Origin: Negaprion brevirostris
Taxonomy: Eukaryota
DNA length: 64,000 nucleotides
NCBI GenBank assembly: GCA_030324005.1
Contig: JARDVH010000115.1
Location: 15,388,675-15,452,674, forward strand
Direction of reading: 5' to 3'
The notes under the pieces were generated by a model, which did not search any database, had not been told where the DNA came from, and saw nothing but the letters and a program-made list of their open reading frames with translations. A program made the translations under genes and the position numbers. Below, in pieces: positions 38,091 through 50,815 of this stretch (positions within the stretch are counted from its first letter, which is position 1; each line of letters opens with the position of its first letter).

Positions 38091-38334
38091 GCAAGTCAAT
38101 TTCTATCCACCTGTATTCGTAACGTTAAATATATCCAAAAAGCCCCTATAGTCAGCGCTGACAAAACAAAATTGATTTTTCCGACATATTCTTTAGACAC
38201 ATCTCTTCAATTCACGCAGAAGTACTTTGGAACGTGAAACCACTTTTATTGATAACTATTACTTCGATATTTGAAAGGCGCGCTACTGTCCCCGTGGAAG
38301 TTTGGGGCAGGGGCATTATAAATGCAAGTTGTAC

Positions 38335-38513
38335 CTGTTGTTTGGATGTTGTTGGGGCGTCACCATTGGAAGATGCTCCTGAAACCAAAACACCATCATC
38401 TATACAGCCTATGGATTTAAGTCCTTCCTTGAGGATGTCTCTCAGTCTCTGGTACTGGGGTCGGTCTTTGTAAGCCAGAGATAATACATCTTCAAAATAT
38501 TTTGACAACTCAA
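38335..38513 (-). CDS. VRK1: VRK1 coding exon (human exon 11 equivalent), 179 nt
   Basis: ttaatgcag|TT GAG...CAA CAG|gtacaa; (V)ELSKYFEDVLSLAYKDRPQYQRLRDILKEGLKSIGCIDDGVLVSGASSNGDAPTTSKQQ. Confidence 0.93.
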
Positions 38514-38639
38514 CTGCATTAAAGAAATAAAATATTTAAGTCACTTTAGAACAATGGTTCAGTGTCCAACTAAATATATCACAGAAGTTCATCTTTCTCT
38601 TCCAATTTTGCTCAGAAGTCAAAGCCACACCTCCAGTAG

Positions 38640-38925
38640 GCATACGAACATACAAACTAGGAACAGGAGTAGGCCATTCAAGCACCTTGAACCTTCTCCA
38701 CCATTCAATGTGATAATTGCTGATTTGACTGGGGCGTCAAATCCACATACTGCCAATCTCTGTTGACCTTTAACTTGTTTGTTAGTCAAGAGCTCTATCG
38801 ACCTCTGGCATAAAAATATTCAATGACCCAGCCTTCATCACTGTCCAGAGTCCCAAATTCATGACCAATGAAAAAATGTTCCCCTCATCTCTACCTCAAA
38901 CGAGAAACCCTTTATTTTTAAACAG
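38640..38925 (-). mobile_element. CR1 3' fragment
   Basis: aggaacaggagtaggccattcaagc...ccattcaatgtgat tail. Confidence 0.8.
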
Positions 38926-39344
38926 GGAGTGGAGGGAATATCATATGGTGCGAGTGCAGGAATTGTAACTTTTCTGGAAGCTTTGATGCTGCTTGTTTTT
39001 TAGTCCTTACTTTAGGTATAACTAAATACCTAACTAAATTTTACAACTTGCTATGCTCTAAATCTGATGATATTANNNNNNNNNNNNNNNNNNNNNNNNN
39101 NNNNNNNNNNNNNNNNNNNNNNNNNNNNNNNNNNNNNNNNNNNNNNNNNNNNNNNNNNNNNNNNNNNNNNNNNNNCCAACATTGTTGGTAATTTTTTTCT
39201 CTCTCTACTTGTATTTGTTTGGAGATGATCTGGCTGTACTGTACCAAGCTTTGAGAGTTTATTGCTTTTTTTCATGCAAAATGGGAAACAGATTCAATAA
39301 AAATATAATTTTAAAAATGTAATTTTAAAAATCTGCATCTCATA

Positions 39345-39525
39345 TTTCCAGTATTTCCCACAAGGGACATCAACCCGCCAACTCCCCTCTGGATCCTATA
39401 TGCTTCAGTAAGATCACCTTTCAGTCTTCTCAACTCCAATGGATACAGACCCAGCCTGTCCAACATTTCCTCATAAGTTAAACCAGTATCAGTTGAATGA
39501 ACCTTCTCTGAACTACTTCTAACCC
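39345..39525 (-). mobile_element. CR1 fragment
   Basis: GLTYEEMLDRLGLYPLELRRLKGDLTEAYRI. Confidence 0.85.
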
Positions 39526-39804
39526 AGTTAGAACACAATTAATCAAATTAATATACAAACAGTGATAGAATTTTGTAACCAGCTATCAGGGGCAGCATAC
39601 ATTGACAGGCTACCCCAACATAGCAACCACAGAAAGGATGCACTGCCATCAAGTACATCACAACAAACGGAGAACAGTCATTCGAAATAAAAAGTGAAAA
39701 GGAAGGGCCAGCAATATTAAACACTCAGAGCTTTGCAAGAAAATCTGATGTAGCATTAAGGCATATAGATCAGGATTCAGGCAAGTCCCAGACTCAACCT
39801 AAAA

Positions 39805-40210
39805 GCATAAGAACTTGGAGTAGGAGTGGGTTATCTGGCCCCTCAAGCCTGCTCTGCCATTCAATAAGATCATGGCTGATCTTCTTGTGGACTCAGCTCC
39901 ACTTACCCACTCACTCACCATAACTCTAGATTCCTTTACTGTTTAAAAATATATCTATCCTTGTCTTAAAAATATTCAATGAGGTAGCCTCAACTGCTTC
40001 ACTGGGCAGGGAATTCCACAGATTTACAACCCTTTGGGTGAAGAAGTTCCTCCACAACTCAGTCCTACATCTGCTCCCCCTCATTTTGAGGCCAGGCGCC
40101 CTACTTCTTGTCTTACAACTACTATCCTGCCCCCATCTTATCTACTCCCTTCATAATCTTATATGTTTCTCTAAGATCTCCCCTCATTCTTCTGAATTCC
40201 AATGAGTTTA
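39805..40210 (-). mobile_element. CR1 3' fragment
   Basis: CR1 tail plus NFFTQRVVNLWNSLP motif. Confidence 0.9.
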
Positions 40211-40700
40211 GTCCAAAAGCCAACTTCTTGGATCCCAAGCAAGGTTGCTTTAATTGATTTCAGTGTCTTGAGCCCAAATTCCACCAAAACAAGCTATGAT
40301 GCTCAATTTTACTCCACCTGCCTAAATACTGTGGGGTATGGCGACATTTTGGATGCTTTATTTTCCTCACAAGAGCTGGCAAATGCTTGATGTTGCTGAA
40401 AACAAATTCAGCAGCATGGTTAACAAGTCAAGTTCAGAAAGTTGTCCTCGAGTAAACCAGTCGTCAAAAATGATATGCAGTGCACCAAATAGCTCTTACA
40501 AACATTGTTGGTTCAACCATCAAAACCTTATCCCAGTTTAATGGAAGTACAACTGGACTGGGAATAGGACCTGGAACACGCTTCACTGAAAAATAGCTGA
40601 TCTACTTACTGAGCTGAGGCAATCACCAATTCCATCCCGAGCACCTACCCAATCCCTTCTTTAACCAGGTAATTCTAAACAGCAATTTGTAATTTCTCAC

Positions 40701-40759
40701 CTGGCTTATTCTTGCAAGGAAAGCATTTATCCATCAAACCTTGAATGTTGCTTCTGTAT
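40701..40759 (-). CDS. VRK1: VRK1 coding exon (human exon 10 equivalent), 59 nt
   Basis: ctatactag|A TAC AGA...AAG CCA G|gtgaga; YRSNIQGLMDKCFPCKNKP, human YRENIASLMDKCFPEKNKP. Confidence 0.95.
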
Positions 40760-41809
40760 CTAGTATAGAAAACAAAAACTTTAGTAAAGATTTAAGCTTA
40801 TTTTCATACTGTAGACTTTTCTACATAGTAAGAATATTAGGTTCAAAATACCAATTCAGGAATTAAATTGTATTGCAGATCGTCACTTGCATCCCCAATA
40901 AACAAATTTGTTAGGCTTAACTTTGGGAATCTGAAAATAATCTTTCAGCATTCAAGCTTTATAAGATGGCGNNNNNNNNNNNNNNNNNNNNNNNNNNNNN
41001 NNNNNNNNNNNNNNNNNNNNNNNNNNNNNNNNNNNNNNNNNNNNNNNNNNNNNNNNNNNNNNNNNNNNNNNAGCTTTATAAGATGGCGAAGGAGCAATAG
41101 CACCCATTTAATTATTTATCATTCCCGGCTACTAACACCACATCATGGTAATCTTTACATTCAAGGTACACGTGTGGCAACTTTGACTAGTCACTCATTA
41201 TAATAAGTTTGAATTCCATTTGAATTTGAAGTCAGTGTTCTATCCAATTGGCAACCAGTTCAAGGGACATCACTTTATTGCAAATCAAATGGATCACAGT
41301 CTCATCAACAAAGCAAACTGTCCTCAGGAGCTTCACAGTTATAGAACAACATGGGGAGAAAGAAACAACAGATGGGGATAAGTGCTATCAAGAGGATTTT
41401 GATGGTAGGGAGATGCATAAAAAGATGAACACCAGAAGTGGTTTGGGCTGGTCCTTAGCCACAGCAGTCTAAGAATAAAGACATTTTTACATTCATTCAC
41501 TGAACCTCTTGCTCTATTTCAAAAATTCCTCCAATTTTCCTTTCAATCGAGTGTTTTGCGTCTCAGCCACTTCATGTGGCAGAGCAGCCCATGCTTCAAA
41601 CACTATGTAAAGAAATACTTAACTCTCTCTACTTCACGTTCCATCTCAATATTGAAGTTTTCTCATCCCTGGAGTCAGCCTGCTAAATCTGTGGTGAACA
41701 ATATTAATGTTTCTTTTTCAAAAAGGCACTCAAATTATACATACACTATTGGTGGTCTAATGTCTTGAATTAATTCATCATTATTACTTGATTCTCTCTC
41801 GAGGTCATC

Positions 41810-42025
41810 AGCCCTGGCTCAGTTCTGTACTCTTGCATTAAAGTTTTATGTTCAAATGTCACTTCGGTGCCTTGAAGACATAACCTCGGCTAACACTTCA
41901 TAACAGTACTGAGAATTTGTTCAACTGTGAGAGATGCCATCAACATCCCGTTTGCTTAGGTGGAGGTAAAATATACTACTGTATACAAGAACATTTGAGT
42001 TCTCCAGGTGTTCAGGCCATTAACA
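41810..42025 (+). mobile_element. Decayed DeuSINE (SacSINE1-like)
   Basis: ggctcagt head, ggctaacacttcataacagtactgag, ggtggaggtaaaa, gagttctccaggtg motifs. Confidence 0.6.
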
Positions 42026-42170
42026 GGCAGTTTAACTAAACAACTTGCTAACCAAGTAAGGGACAGCAAAAGAGAAAGCAGGTCCATCAGATTTGGAAAG
42101 AAAAGGAAAAGCTAAAGCTTCTTCAGTGCTATATAATTAAGTTCAACATGGCATAAATCCAGTTTCTTAC

Positions 42171-42291
42171 TTGAGTTTTTCATCTCTGACATAGTTGGCA
42201 TCCTTTAGATTGTCCTCCCAGGGAAGTTTCCCACTGAGCCACTGCAACATGCAATACCCCAAGATTTCCAAGTCGCCACGTATAGAAGCAG
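42171..42291 (-). CDS. VRK1: VRK1 coding exon (human exon 9 equivalent), 121 nt
   Basis: caccttcag|CT GCT TCT ATA CGT...CTC AA|gtaaga; (A)[39 protein letters not shown](K). Confidence 0.96.
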
Positions 42292-42594
42292 CTGAAGGTG
42301 GAATACATCGTCAATAACATAAAATGTATATTTGGTAGAGATGAAATAGTAAGGAAAAACCTTTCCAATTCATTTGAACAAAAAAAAAACAACATCCCTT
42401 CAGAGAACAAGGATGCTGATCATTCAGCAGCTCACCTGAAACAGTATTAGCATTTAAATACAAAGAAGCTAACAGTTCAATTAACCTACATTAAAAGTTA
42501 ACTGGGGAGGAACTGGTGGAGTGGTCTTAAAACCTGCTGCTGTGCAATAGTGCAATTGATGCTGTAAATTGTCATTGCAAGTCACAGGTGTGAG

Positions 42595-44074
42595 CTTTGC
42601 TATCGTGCGATGCTAATTGGAGGTCAGATATTGTTGTGATGGAACAGGTAGTGGTGAGAATGTTTATAGATCTTCTGATTTACAGCAGTAAGGGGCAGGA
42701 TATGAGGGCAATGTTCAAGTTATGATAGAAGCATAATCTTTAGCAACGTAGTACAATGCTGTAACCATACTTAATCACAAAGTATAAAAATGTATACTAT
42801 TGGGGCATATTATATCTTTTTTTATTTGATTTGTCATGTGTATTAGTACACAGTGAAAAGTATTGTTTCTTGTGTGCTATACAGACAAAGCATACCGTTA
42901 ATAGAGAAGGAAAGGAGTGCAGAATGTAGTGTTACAGTCATAGCTAGGGTGTAGAGAAAGATCAACTTAGTGCGAGGTAAGTTCATTCAAAAGTCTGATA
43001 GCAGCAGGGAAGAAGTTATTAGTCATTTAACAGCAAAATAACTTTGAGAAACCCACTAGGCCCTCATACAAAAGCCACTTTGACTTTGCCATATATTGTC
43101 ATCAGTTGCCAACAATATGAAGAGGGAGAGTTTTCTAACAGTGATGTCAGTAGAAAATGAAGAGTCTCCCAAGAGCTGCTATCAAATGGGTGGAGTCTGT
43201 ACAGCCTGACCTTTTTGGTGGAAGCTTTTTCAACAGCTAGTTGGCTGCTTTTATAGTCATCATCAAGTTATGTGTGCGCGTGTGTGTATATGGGTGCAAC
43301 CAATTCACTGGGTTTGAAATCCAGAGCAGGCCCAGATAACCCCAACTACACTCAATGCTGCGAAACTCGTACACGGTTCTCCTGGGAAAACAGACTATGA
43401 TAAAATAACACCTCAAATTGGTCTTGTATGGACAGAGGTTCAGAAATGCCAGTTTTCCCACCTCATTGAATTACTGGATTAATATAAAAATCATTTCAAA
43501 CAAAATGCTTCATTTAATGAGAAGTACTCGTAGGTTTTAATTTAATGGTTCCATCGTCAGATTAGCAAAGATGGAGCACACTGCAGCTGCTCACAAACAA
43601 CTAATTACTAACTGCTTACTAATTTAAAAAAAAAACAATTTGGACCATCATAAAAACAGACATGTCCTTGCAAATTCAAAGTATTAAAAATCTTGCTAGA
43701 CATCGAGCAGACTTCAAGGGTAATGACTCCTCCAGCAGGGTTGCAACTTGCACATTATCTGAAAATATAGTTTCAGAAAGTGTAGGGTTCCCTTGGAGCT
43801 CAGAGACTTGCTTATTAAGGGCATTCAGATATACAACTGTGGAAGAGTGCAGAAACGTACAACAGCTAGTGGTACCATGTGACACTAATTGGAGATCAGA
43901 TATACTTGCTTTGGGTCAGGGAGTGGTTGAGTTTTTAATTCTTGTATATCTGATTATGATTTAGAACATACAGGGGGTGGGATGCGAGAGCAAAATTATG
44001 TTCAAATTATAGTAGAAGCATAATCTTTAAAAATGCGTAACATACTTAATCACAAAGTATAAAAATGCATACTA
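42595..44074 (+). repeat. Old diverged direct duplication (about 42595-42799 and 43865-44074)
   Basis: Shared ctaattggag.tcagata, tagaagcataatcttta and 33/34-identical catacttaatcacaaagtataaaaatgYatacta. Confidence 0.85.
42816..43016 (-). mobile_element. Rex1/Babar-like LINE 3' fragment
   Basis: Reverse complement of the 1190-1381 / 13250-13465 family. Confidence 0.8.
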
Positions 44075-46204
44075 AAGATTTACAACTTTTGCCATTTGGC
44101 TGAGTGGCTATTTAATCCAGCACCACAATTAACATCCAAGCACCATTTTAACACCTTGGGTAAAAATTCTCAGCCCAAGTTAATTAGCTGGTAAGAGGTC
44201 AACCACTTTTGAGAGTTGCCTCCTGGTTGCTATGAAACCAATCTAACAGTAAGCTCAAAAGAAAGGAATGAGGTTGCTTCAAGTTGCATCATTGCTCAGT
44301 TCTTCACTGGGGCCCATTTTAGAAATAATCTGAATGACTTGAAATCAATTTCATCCCGATCATTTTTCTTCTAAAAAGTGATTTGAATTTTTATTATAGT
44401 AGTCTACGGTGCTTCTTAATCAGCCTCAATACTTAACAGGCCATTGGTCAATTTGAAAATATGAAATTGATCTTTAAATTAATCAGGAGGCCGCTGAGTG
44501 GAAATACAGCAGGTGTAACTCGGTGGGAGAATGCACTGACACCACAAAATGAACAGGAAGAAAACGCAATAAGCTGAGTTTATGAAAAGAAAAATAGCAC
44601 TTTATTTGCTAGGATTTGCAATATATTCAAAATAATATTTTACAAAACACACAAAAGCATGAAAAGAGTGCTTCATTAGCCACACAGTTAAGGTGACCAA
44701 AATAAATTTTCCAGTCATATAAAGACATGGGTAATTTGTGTCTGCTCAGTATAAAATAAAGGTTATAGTTTAATGTGATAAAGTGTTTAGTTAACTTTCT
44801 CACTAATGACGAGAATCAAACCTTGCATGATAATGTTAAAGACTGCTACCAAGATGTAGCAATAGGCCAATTATTAATAAGCAGAATGTCATGTGAATGA
44901 GATTATCCAGAGAAAAATGACAAGTTAGTTAAGGGTCACTCAGGCTCTGGTGGAAGGTCATTCTAACAGCTGACTGTATTCATTAAAGTGCCATTTACTC
45001 TCTCTGTGCAATTCACACTGCACATTACAAATTATTCAACTAGTCGACTCGAGATAAATGCACACCTGATCCAAGCAATCAATTTTAATATTTCCTATTC
45101 AGTCCAGTGTATGCACAATTCTACAACAAATACTCCAGGTCCAAATAAAACATCATCAATTTGTTACATTTAGCAATCCCAATATGCTATTGACAATTCA
45201 TCCAATTTAACAAATTAACTGCAGTTTCATTTCATTTTCTCTATCTGATAAGTGCTCTAAAAATTGTACTGAACGCAAAATTACAACAGTAGGCTGCTTT
45301 AAATTGATAAAAACATATTTGTCTCAAGGATAGTTTTTTAGAAATCAGGATTGAAGAATAGTGAATTTGAATAGAACTGATAGCAAGGACAGATAAATAT
45401 AAAGCAAACCAACCAAATATAATAATCCCAGTACTTTTCATGGATCTAAAACTGGTGTATCACAAGCAATGTGGACATTAAAAATCATATCTTGTCCAGG
45501 GCAAACAGCCATAATTCCAGTCTTGTCCAGGCCAAAACAAGCCAAAATCAGAGAACACATGGCAGCCAATTTTAGGATTAACAGGATGTTACAGTTGGGA
45601 CTTTTTCCTAACACTTTTTCTCATGTTCACAGCTAGACTCTGTTCCAAAAGCAGCCAGCGTCCCTTATGAACCCAAAGAATTTGCCAATATAAATGAAAA
45701 ATAATTCAGCAAGATGAGATACTCAAGACAAAAAAAAATGCATCTAGTTTATTCATCTAAATAAAGGGGCACTCCTGCTTTCTGATCTGGCTTTGCAACA
45801 AGGCCAAATAATGCATCAAAATATCAAATAAATTGGAAACAAACCTCAACAGCTTGACAAATGCTTTCAAGGTTGTCATGGAATGTATCGTTCAAATTTG
45901 ATCCCTTAATTTTTGATTTAAAAACAAAGACCAGAACAATTATGAAGAAACTGGCTTAAGGCTCCTTTATCCAACTTAGCCTTTTAGCAATTCAGCTGGG
46001 ATTCACAAACATGCAGAGCAGTACCTTGTTAATGCAAATCTTTAAACTATATATTGTGCAAAAGACAAAAGGGGAGATACAAAAAAATGATAGCCTTCAT
46101 TCGCATGATTTAAAATATATGAATGTGTCAGTGCTTCGAGTCATATGCAAACTTCAGAAATAGGTTCCAGTTGTTATGGATTTCTTCCTCCTTTTCCTAT
46201 TGTG

Positions 46205-46940
46205 TTAAAGAGGCACAAGACAAAAGAATGGCAAAAGCCGAGAGGCACAAGAGGGGAGAGTGGAGAGCGTTTAGAGGAAGTGGAGAGCAGCAAGACCTTA
46301 AAAAGGGAGAGAGTCATGTAGTACAGAAATCCTTGACCCATCCAGTCCATTCCAACAAAACTACACTAAATCTACACTAATCCCACTTTACAGCACCTGG
46401 CCCATAGCCTTGAAAGTTATGGCATTTGAAGTGCTCATCCATGCACTTTTTAAAGATTGAGGGGTTTCCTGCCTCGACTACCTTCCCAGGCAATGCACTC
46501 CAGACTCCCATCATCTTTTGAGTGAAGAAAAGTTTCTTTCGATCCCTCCTGTATCTCTTGTCCCTCACCTTAACATTAGGCCTCCTCTTTCTTTACCCTT
46601 CAACTAAGGGGAATAGCTACTTCCTAGCCACACTGTCCATATCCCTCAAACAACACCTCAATCATGCCCCACCCCCCCCACTCTTCTCTAAAGAAAACAA
46701 CTCAAGCCTATCCAGCCTCTCTACATCAAATGCTCCACTCCATTCCAATCACATCTCAAGAGGAGAGAGAGCAGGGACGGCTTACGACAGGCCAAAGTGG
46801 GTGAACGCAGAAGAGGGGCACAGGAGGGGTGAGAGACAAGTGCTCACAGAGACACAAGAGGGAGAGGGCAGCAAGAGTTAAAAGAGGCACAAGAGGGGAG
46901 AGAGATGCGAGCGCTTAGAGATGCATGAGAAGGGACAGAG
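46205..46940 (+). repeat. Degenerate purine-rich minisatellite (core GAGGCACAAGAGGGGAGAG) split by an antisense CR1 fragment (about 46310-46750)
   Basis: Core recurs near 46208, 46241, 46813, 46848, 46883; CR1 piece KLFFTQKMMGVWSALP. Confidence 0.75.
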
Positions 46941-46944
46941 ATCA

Positions 46945-48420
46945 GTGATCAAGGCTGGGACATAAATATTGAAGGGTATTCAATATTTATATCAGATAAA
47001 AAGACAGGCAGCTAGGAAAAGATGATGGTAAGTTCAATTAATAACATCATTGATATAGTAGTAAGAAATGACCTTGGTTTAAAACAGCAAGATCACCCTG
47101 GGTAGAGAGAAGAAATAATAAAGGCAAGAGGTCACATGTGCAAATAGCTGGTTAAAAACCACAATAGTAGTTACATGGTAGGACAGACTAAACAAAGCAA
47201 GATAACTGGGGCTTGTAAGAAAGGTACTACAGTAATTATAGATGACTTTAATCTACACGAAGATTGGACAAATTAAACTGGCAATGCTAGCCTAAAACAC
47301 AAGTTCATAGAGCATACTGGGATCATTTCTTCGAGCAGTATGTCGTATAGCCAATCAGGGAGCAGGCTATTCTGGACCTGGTAATGAGCAACAAGACAGG
47401 ATTAATCAATAACCTCACATTAAAGAACTTTCAGGCGACAGTGATCATGACATGAAAGAATCACATGTTCAGTTTGAAGGGGAGAAGTGAGACTAAGATT
47501 AGTGTTTTAAACCTGACTAGAGGCAATTATGAGTACGAAAGCAGATCTAGGTAAAGCAAATTGAGAAACTAGATTAAAAGGTAGAACAGTAGAGATGCAG
47601 TGGCAGATTTTTAAAGATATTTAACAACTCTTAGCAAAGATTGATCCCAGTGAGAAAGAAAGACTCAGGGAGAATTCATCATTTATGAATATGTAGTTAA
47701 GGAATATATTAAAAGAAAAAGTGTGCAAATTTTTAAAGATTAGTGATTGGATTGGTCAAATCATAAGAATCAACAAGTAATGACTAAAAATAGAGGGTGA
47801 AAGATGAGTACAAGAGAAAACAAGCTAGTAATAACACACAGTTGAGTGGTTTACAAGTATTTAAATAGGGAAACAGTAACTAAAGCTCCTATTGGTCCTC
47901 TAGAGTGTGTGTCTCTCTGGGGAATTGATAATGGAAAACTAAGGAATGGCTTACTATGGCATTGAACAGGTTAGTCTTCACTGTAGATTTAGAAAATTTC
48001 TCATAGATATTTGAAAAATCAAGAGATTAATGGGAAGAACTTAAAAACAACGACTAATTGGGAAAAGGTGTTAGAAAAACTATTAGACCTAATGTTGGAC
48101 AAGTCCCCAGGACCAAATGGTCTGCCACTTACAAGTGGCAGACCATTTCTTCTCACTGCAGAGAAAGTAGGTGCATTGGTTACAATCTCCAAGACTGCTT
48201 AGATTCTGCAAGTGTTCCAATACATTGGAAAATAGCTCATCTAACACCTTTATGCAAGAAACAAGGGAGACAGAAAGCAGGAAACTACAGGTCAGTTAAC
48301 CTAGCATCCATCATAGGGAAATTGCTAAAATCCATTATTATGGTGGCTATAGAAGGATATTTAGAAACTCAATTTGATCAGGCAGAGCCAACATTGGGAA
48401 ATTGTGTTTAATTTATCCTA
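46945..48420 (+). pseudogene. Decayed CR1 ORF2 (endonuclease to start of RT)
   Basis: GDFN-like, AILDLV, SDH, DKSPGP, PIHWKIAHLTPLCKK...AGNYRSVNLASIIGKLL motifs with many frameshifts. Confidence 0.88.
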
Positions 48421-48469
48421 AGTAATACACCACTCCTTATTCTCGTCATCTTCTCCACCCAGTCCAACT

Positions 48470-48895
48470 TTGCATTGAATAAATTCAGTGACTCAGCCTC
48501 CACTGCTTTTTGGGAAGGAGAATTCTGCGTAACGATCCTTCGAGAGGAAACATTTCTTCTCACTTCCATGTCAGACAAAAGACCTCTGATCGATCACCAC
48601 AAGCAGAAACATCTATCAAATCAAATCCCCTTAGGATCTTGTGTTTCAATAAAATAACCTTTCATGCTTCTAAACTCCAATGGGTATAGGTCCAACATGT
48701 TGAACCATTTTTCATCAGATCCCAGGTGAGTCAAGTAAATCTTCTCTGAACTGCTTCTAATGTAATTATATCTTTTTCAAATAAGGAGACCAAAATTATA
48801 TGCAATATTCCAGAAATGGTCTCGCCAAGGTCCTACAGTCTTCACTACTTTTATATTCCAGCCCACTTGCACTAGATTTCATTTGCTTTTCTACC
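48470..48895 (-). mobile_element. CR1 fragment
   Basis: ctaaactccaatgg, ggagaccaaaatt, tggtctcgccaagg motifs. Confidence 0.8.
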
Positions 48896-49520
48896 CAAGG
48901 CCAGAATCAAACCCAGGTCTTGGTGCTGTGAGGCAGCAGTGTTAACCACTGTTCTGCCATCATGAGATCAAATTTCACACCAAGTCACCATCAGTTTCAG
49001 GCAGTTGACAGAGGCAGGGATGGAATCGGTATCTCGGGAGTGAGCTTTGTAGTGGAAACAAAAAAAAACAATGGCTTTAGCAATCCCAATATTTGATTTG
49101 GACAGATGCTGATTCCTCCAGTGCAGGAAGGGAAACAAAGCAATCTGACAATTGAGAAACAGCAGAGAGGCAGAGAGAGATAGTATTAAGGTAGAACTGA
49201 CTACCATCAGCTGACCGGTTGAAAATGACACCCAAAGGGGGGCAGGAAAACAAAAATGAGGCCCAGACTGTGGCAGAGCTCAAAATTTATGACATTAGAC
49301 GACCCTCCGTAAACGGACCAATATTAAAACTGATCACCGAAATTTAGGAAACTAAGAGATCATGACTTTTACAGAGGAAATATTGGTTATTTGAATGCGG
49401 ACCATACCAAACAGTTCCATTGTTAACTTAAAAAAAGCATTGTAACCAGAGCAGTACAAGTAGCTTAGCATATGCTTGTGTATAACCTGAAAGATTGTCT
49501 AAAAATGATTAAATATATAC

Positions 49521-49653
49521 CTGCTCCTTTATGTGCATCAGTACTTGTAAACTCGAGGGTCCCATCATGGCAACGTTTTGGATCTTCCTTGTATTCTTTG
49601 TGCACTCCTTCTGGACAGTAACGATATGCAAGGCCATAATCAACTAAATATAC
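49521..49653 (-). CDS. VRK1: VRK1 coding exon (human exon 8 equivalent), 133 nt, DYG motif and activation segment
   Basis: ctctcttag|GTA TAT...GGA GCA G|gtatat; [44 protein letters not shown]. Confidence 0.97.
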
Positions 49654-50517
49654 CTAAGAGAGTTAAAAGTACAAGGTTGAGAAAGTAGGAGGTGCATTTT
49701 ATGGACAAGATAATCTCAGACAGCATGAATGGAAATGAGGGAGCACAGGATTAGCAGGGAGCAATGATTTGAAAAAAAAACACCTCATTAAGAGATGGAT
49801 ACACTTTTTCAACGCACATAAAAGCCAAAGTAAAAATGTTTGACCATATAATAATCTAGCTAGAACAGAAATCAATACAATTTCAATTGATGAATTTGTG
49901 AATGACCAAAGACATAAAGGCTTATCAGATAAACCTTCATGATCATGGCTTCATAAATGCAACAACTCGATAAAGATTACATCGTTCCAATTAAAGATTG
50001 TGAGATTCATGATTGACTGTTTTGCTAGTTAGCTCCAAATGTAATACATTAATCAGAGCTTTATAGTTGATACAATTTTCTATTCAGAATTCAGACGAAT
50101 TTTAAGGAAGTAGCTCAGTGGATAAAACTAACCTGTACTAACAAATCTACAAAACATAAAAGTTCACTGAACCAATAAGTGTAATTCCCAAGAAGTCTAA
50201 ATTAGATTAGGATCTACAAAGCAATTGACCGTCACTACTGGATAAAACATCCACTTTGGCTTTTTCCTACACCGAGTTGTTTTCATTCCCTCAGCACTAA
50301 CACAATGAAGACATTTAAATCCTAAATTCAGGGCCAGTGAACTTTTCTAAATCTGACCATATTTGTGGGCTTTTAGAGTCATGTGAGGAAGTGAATGAGA
50401 AAGGAAACACAAATGCTTTTCTGATTATTTTCAAACTGCTAAAAATCTGGCAGTTCCTCAGCTTCTTTTGAAAGAGTAGTTTCTCTTTCATAACCCTAAA
50501 CTTCTTGAAACAAAACA

Positions 50518-50815
50518 CAGAATCCCTACAGTGCAGAAGGAGGCCATTCGGCCCATGGAGTCAGCACCAAATCCCATCAGAGCCTATTCCTGTAACCCCT
50601 CACATTTACCCTGCTAATCCCCCGACACTACCGTTAATTTAGCATGGGCAATCAACCTACCCACACATCTTTGGGCTGAGAGAAGAAACTGGAGCACCTG
50701 GAGGAAACCCACGCAGATACAGGGAGAGTAGGCAAACTCCACACAGTGACCAGAAGCCAGAATTGAACGCAGGTCCCTGGCACTGTAAGGCAGCAGTGCT
50801 GACCATTGTGCTGCA
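50518..50815 (-). mobile_element. HE1-like V-SINE, tail A
   Basis: gaatccctacagtgcagaaggaggccattcggccc...gcagcagtgctgaccattgtg. Confidence 0.9.

Noticed and set aside
40955-41088. agctttataagatggcg repeated on both sides of a 100-N gap
   Set aside because: Typical unmerged contig overlap; assembly artefact
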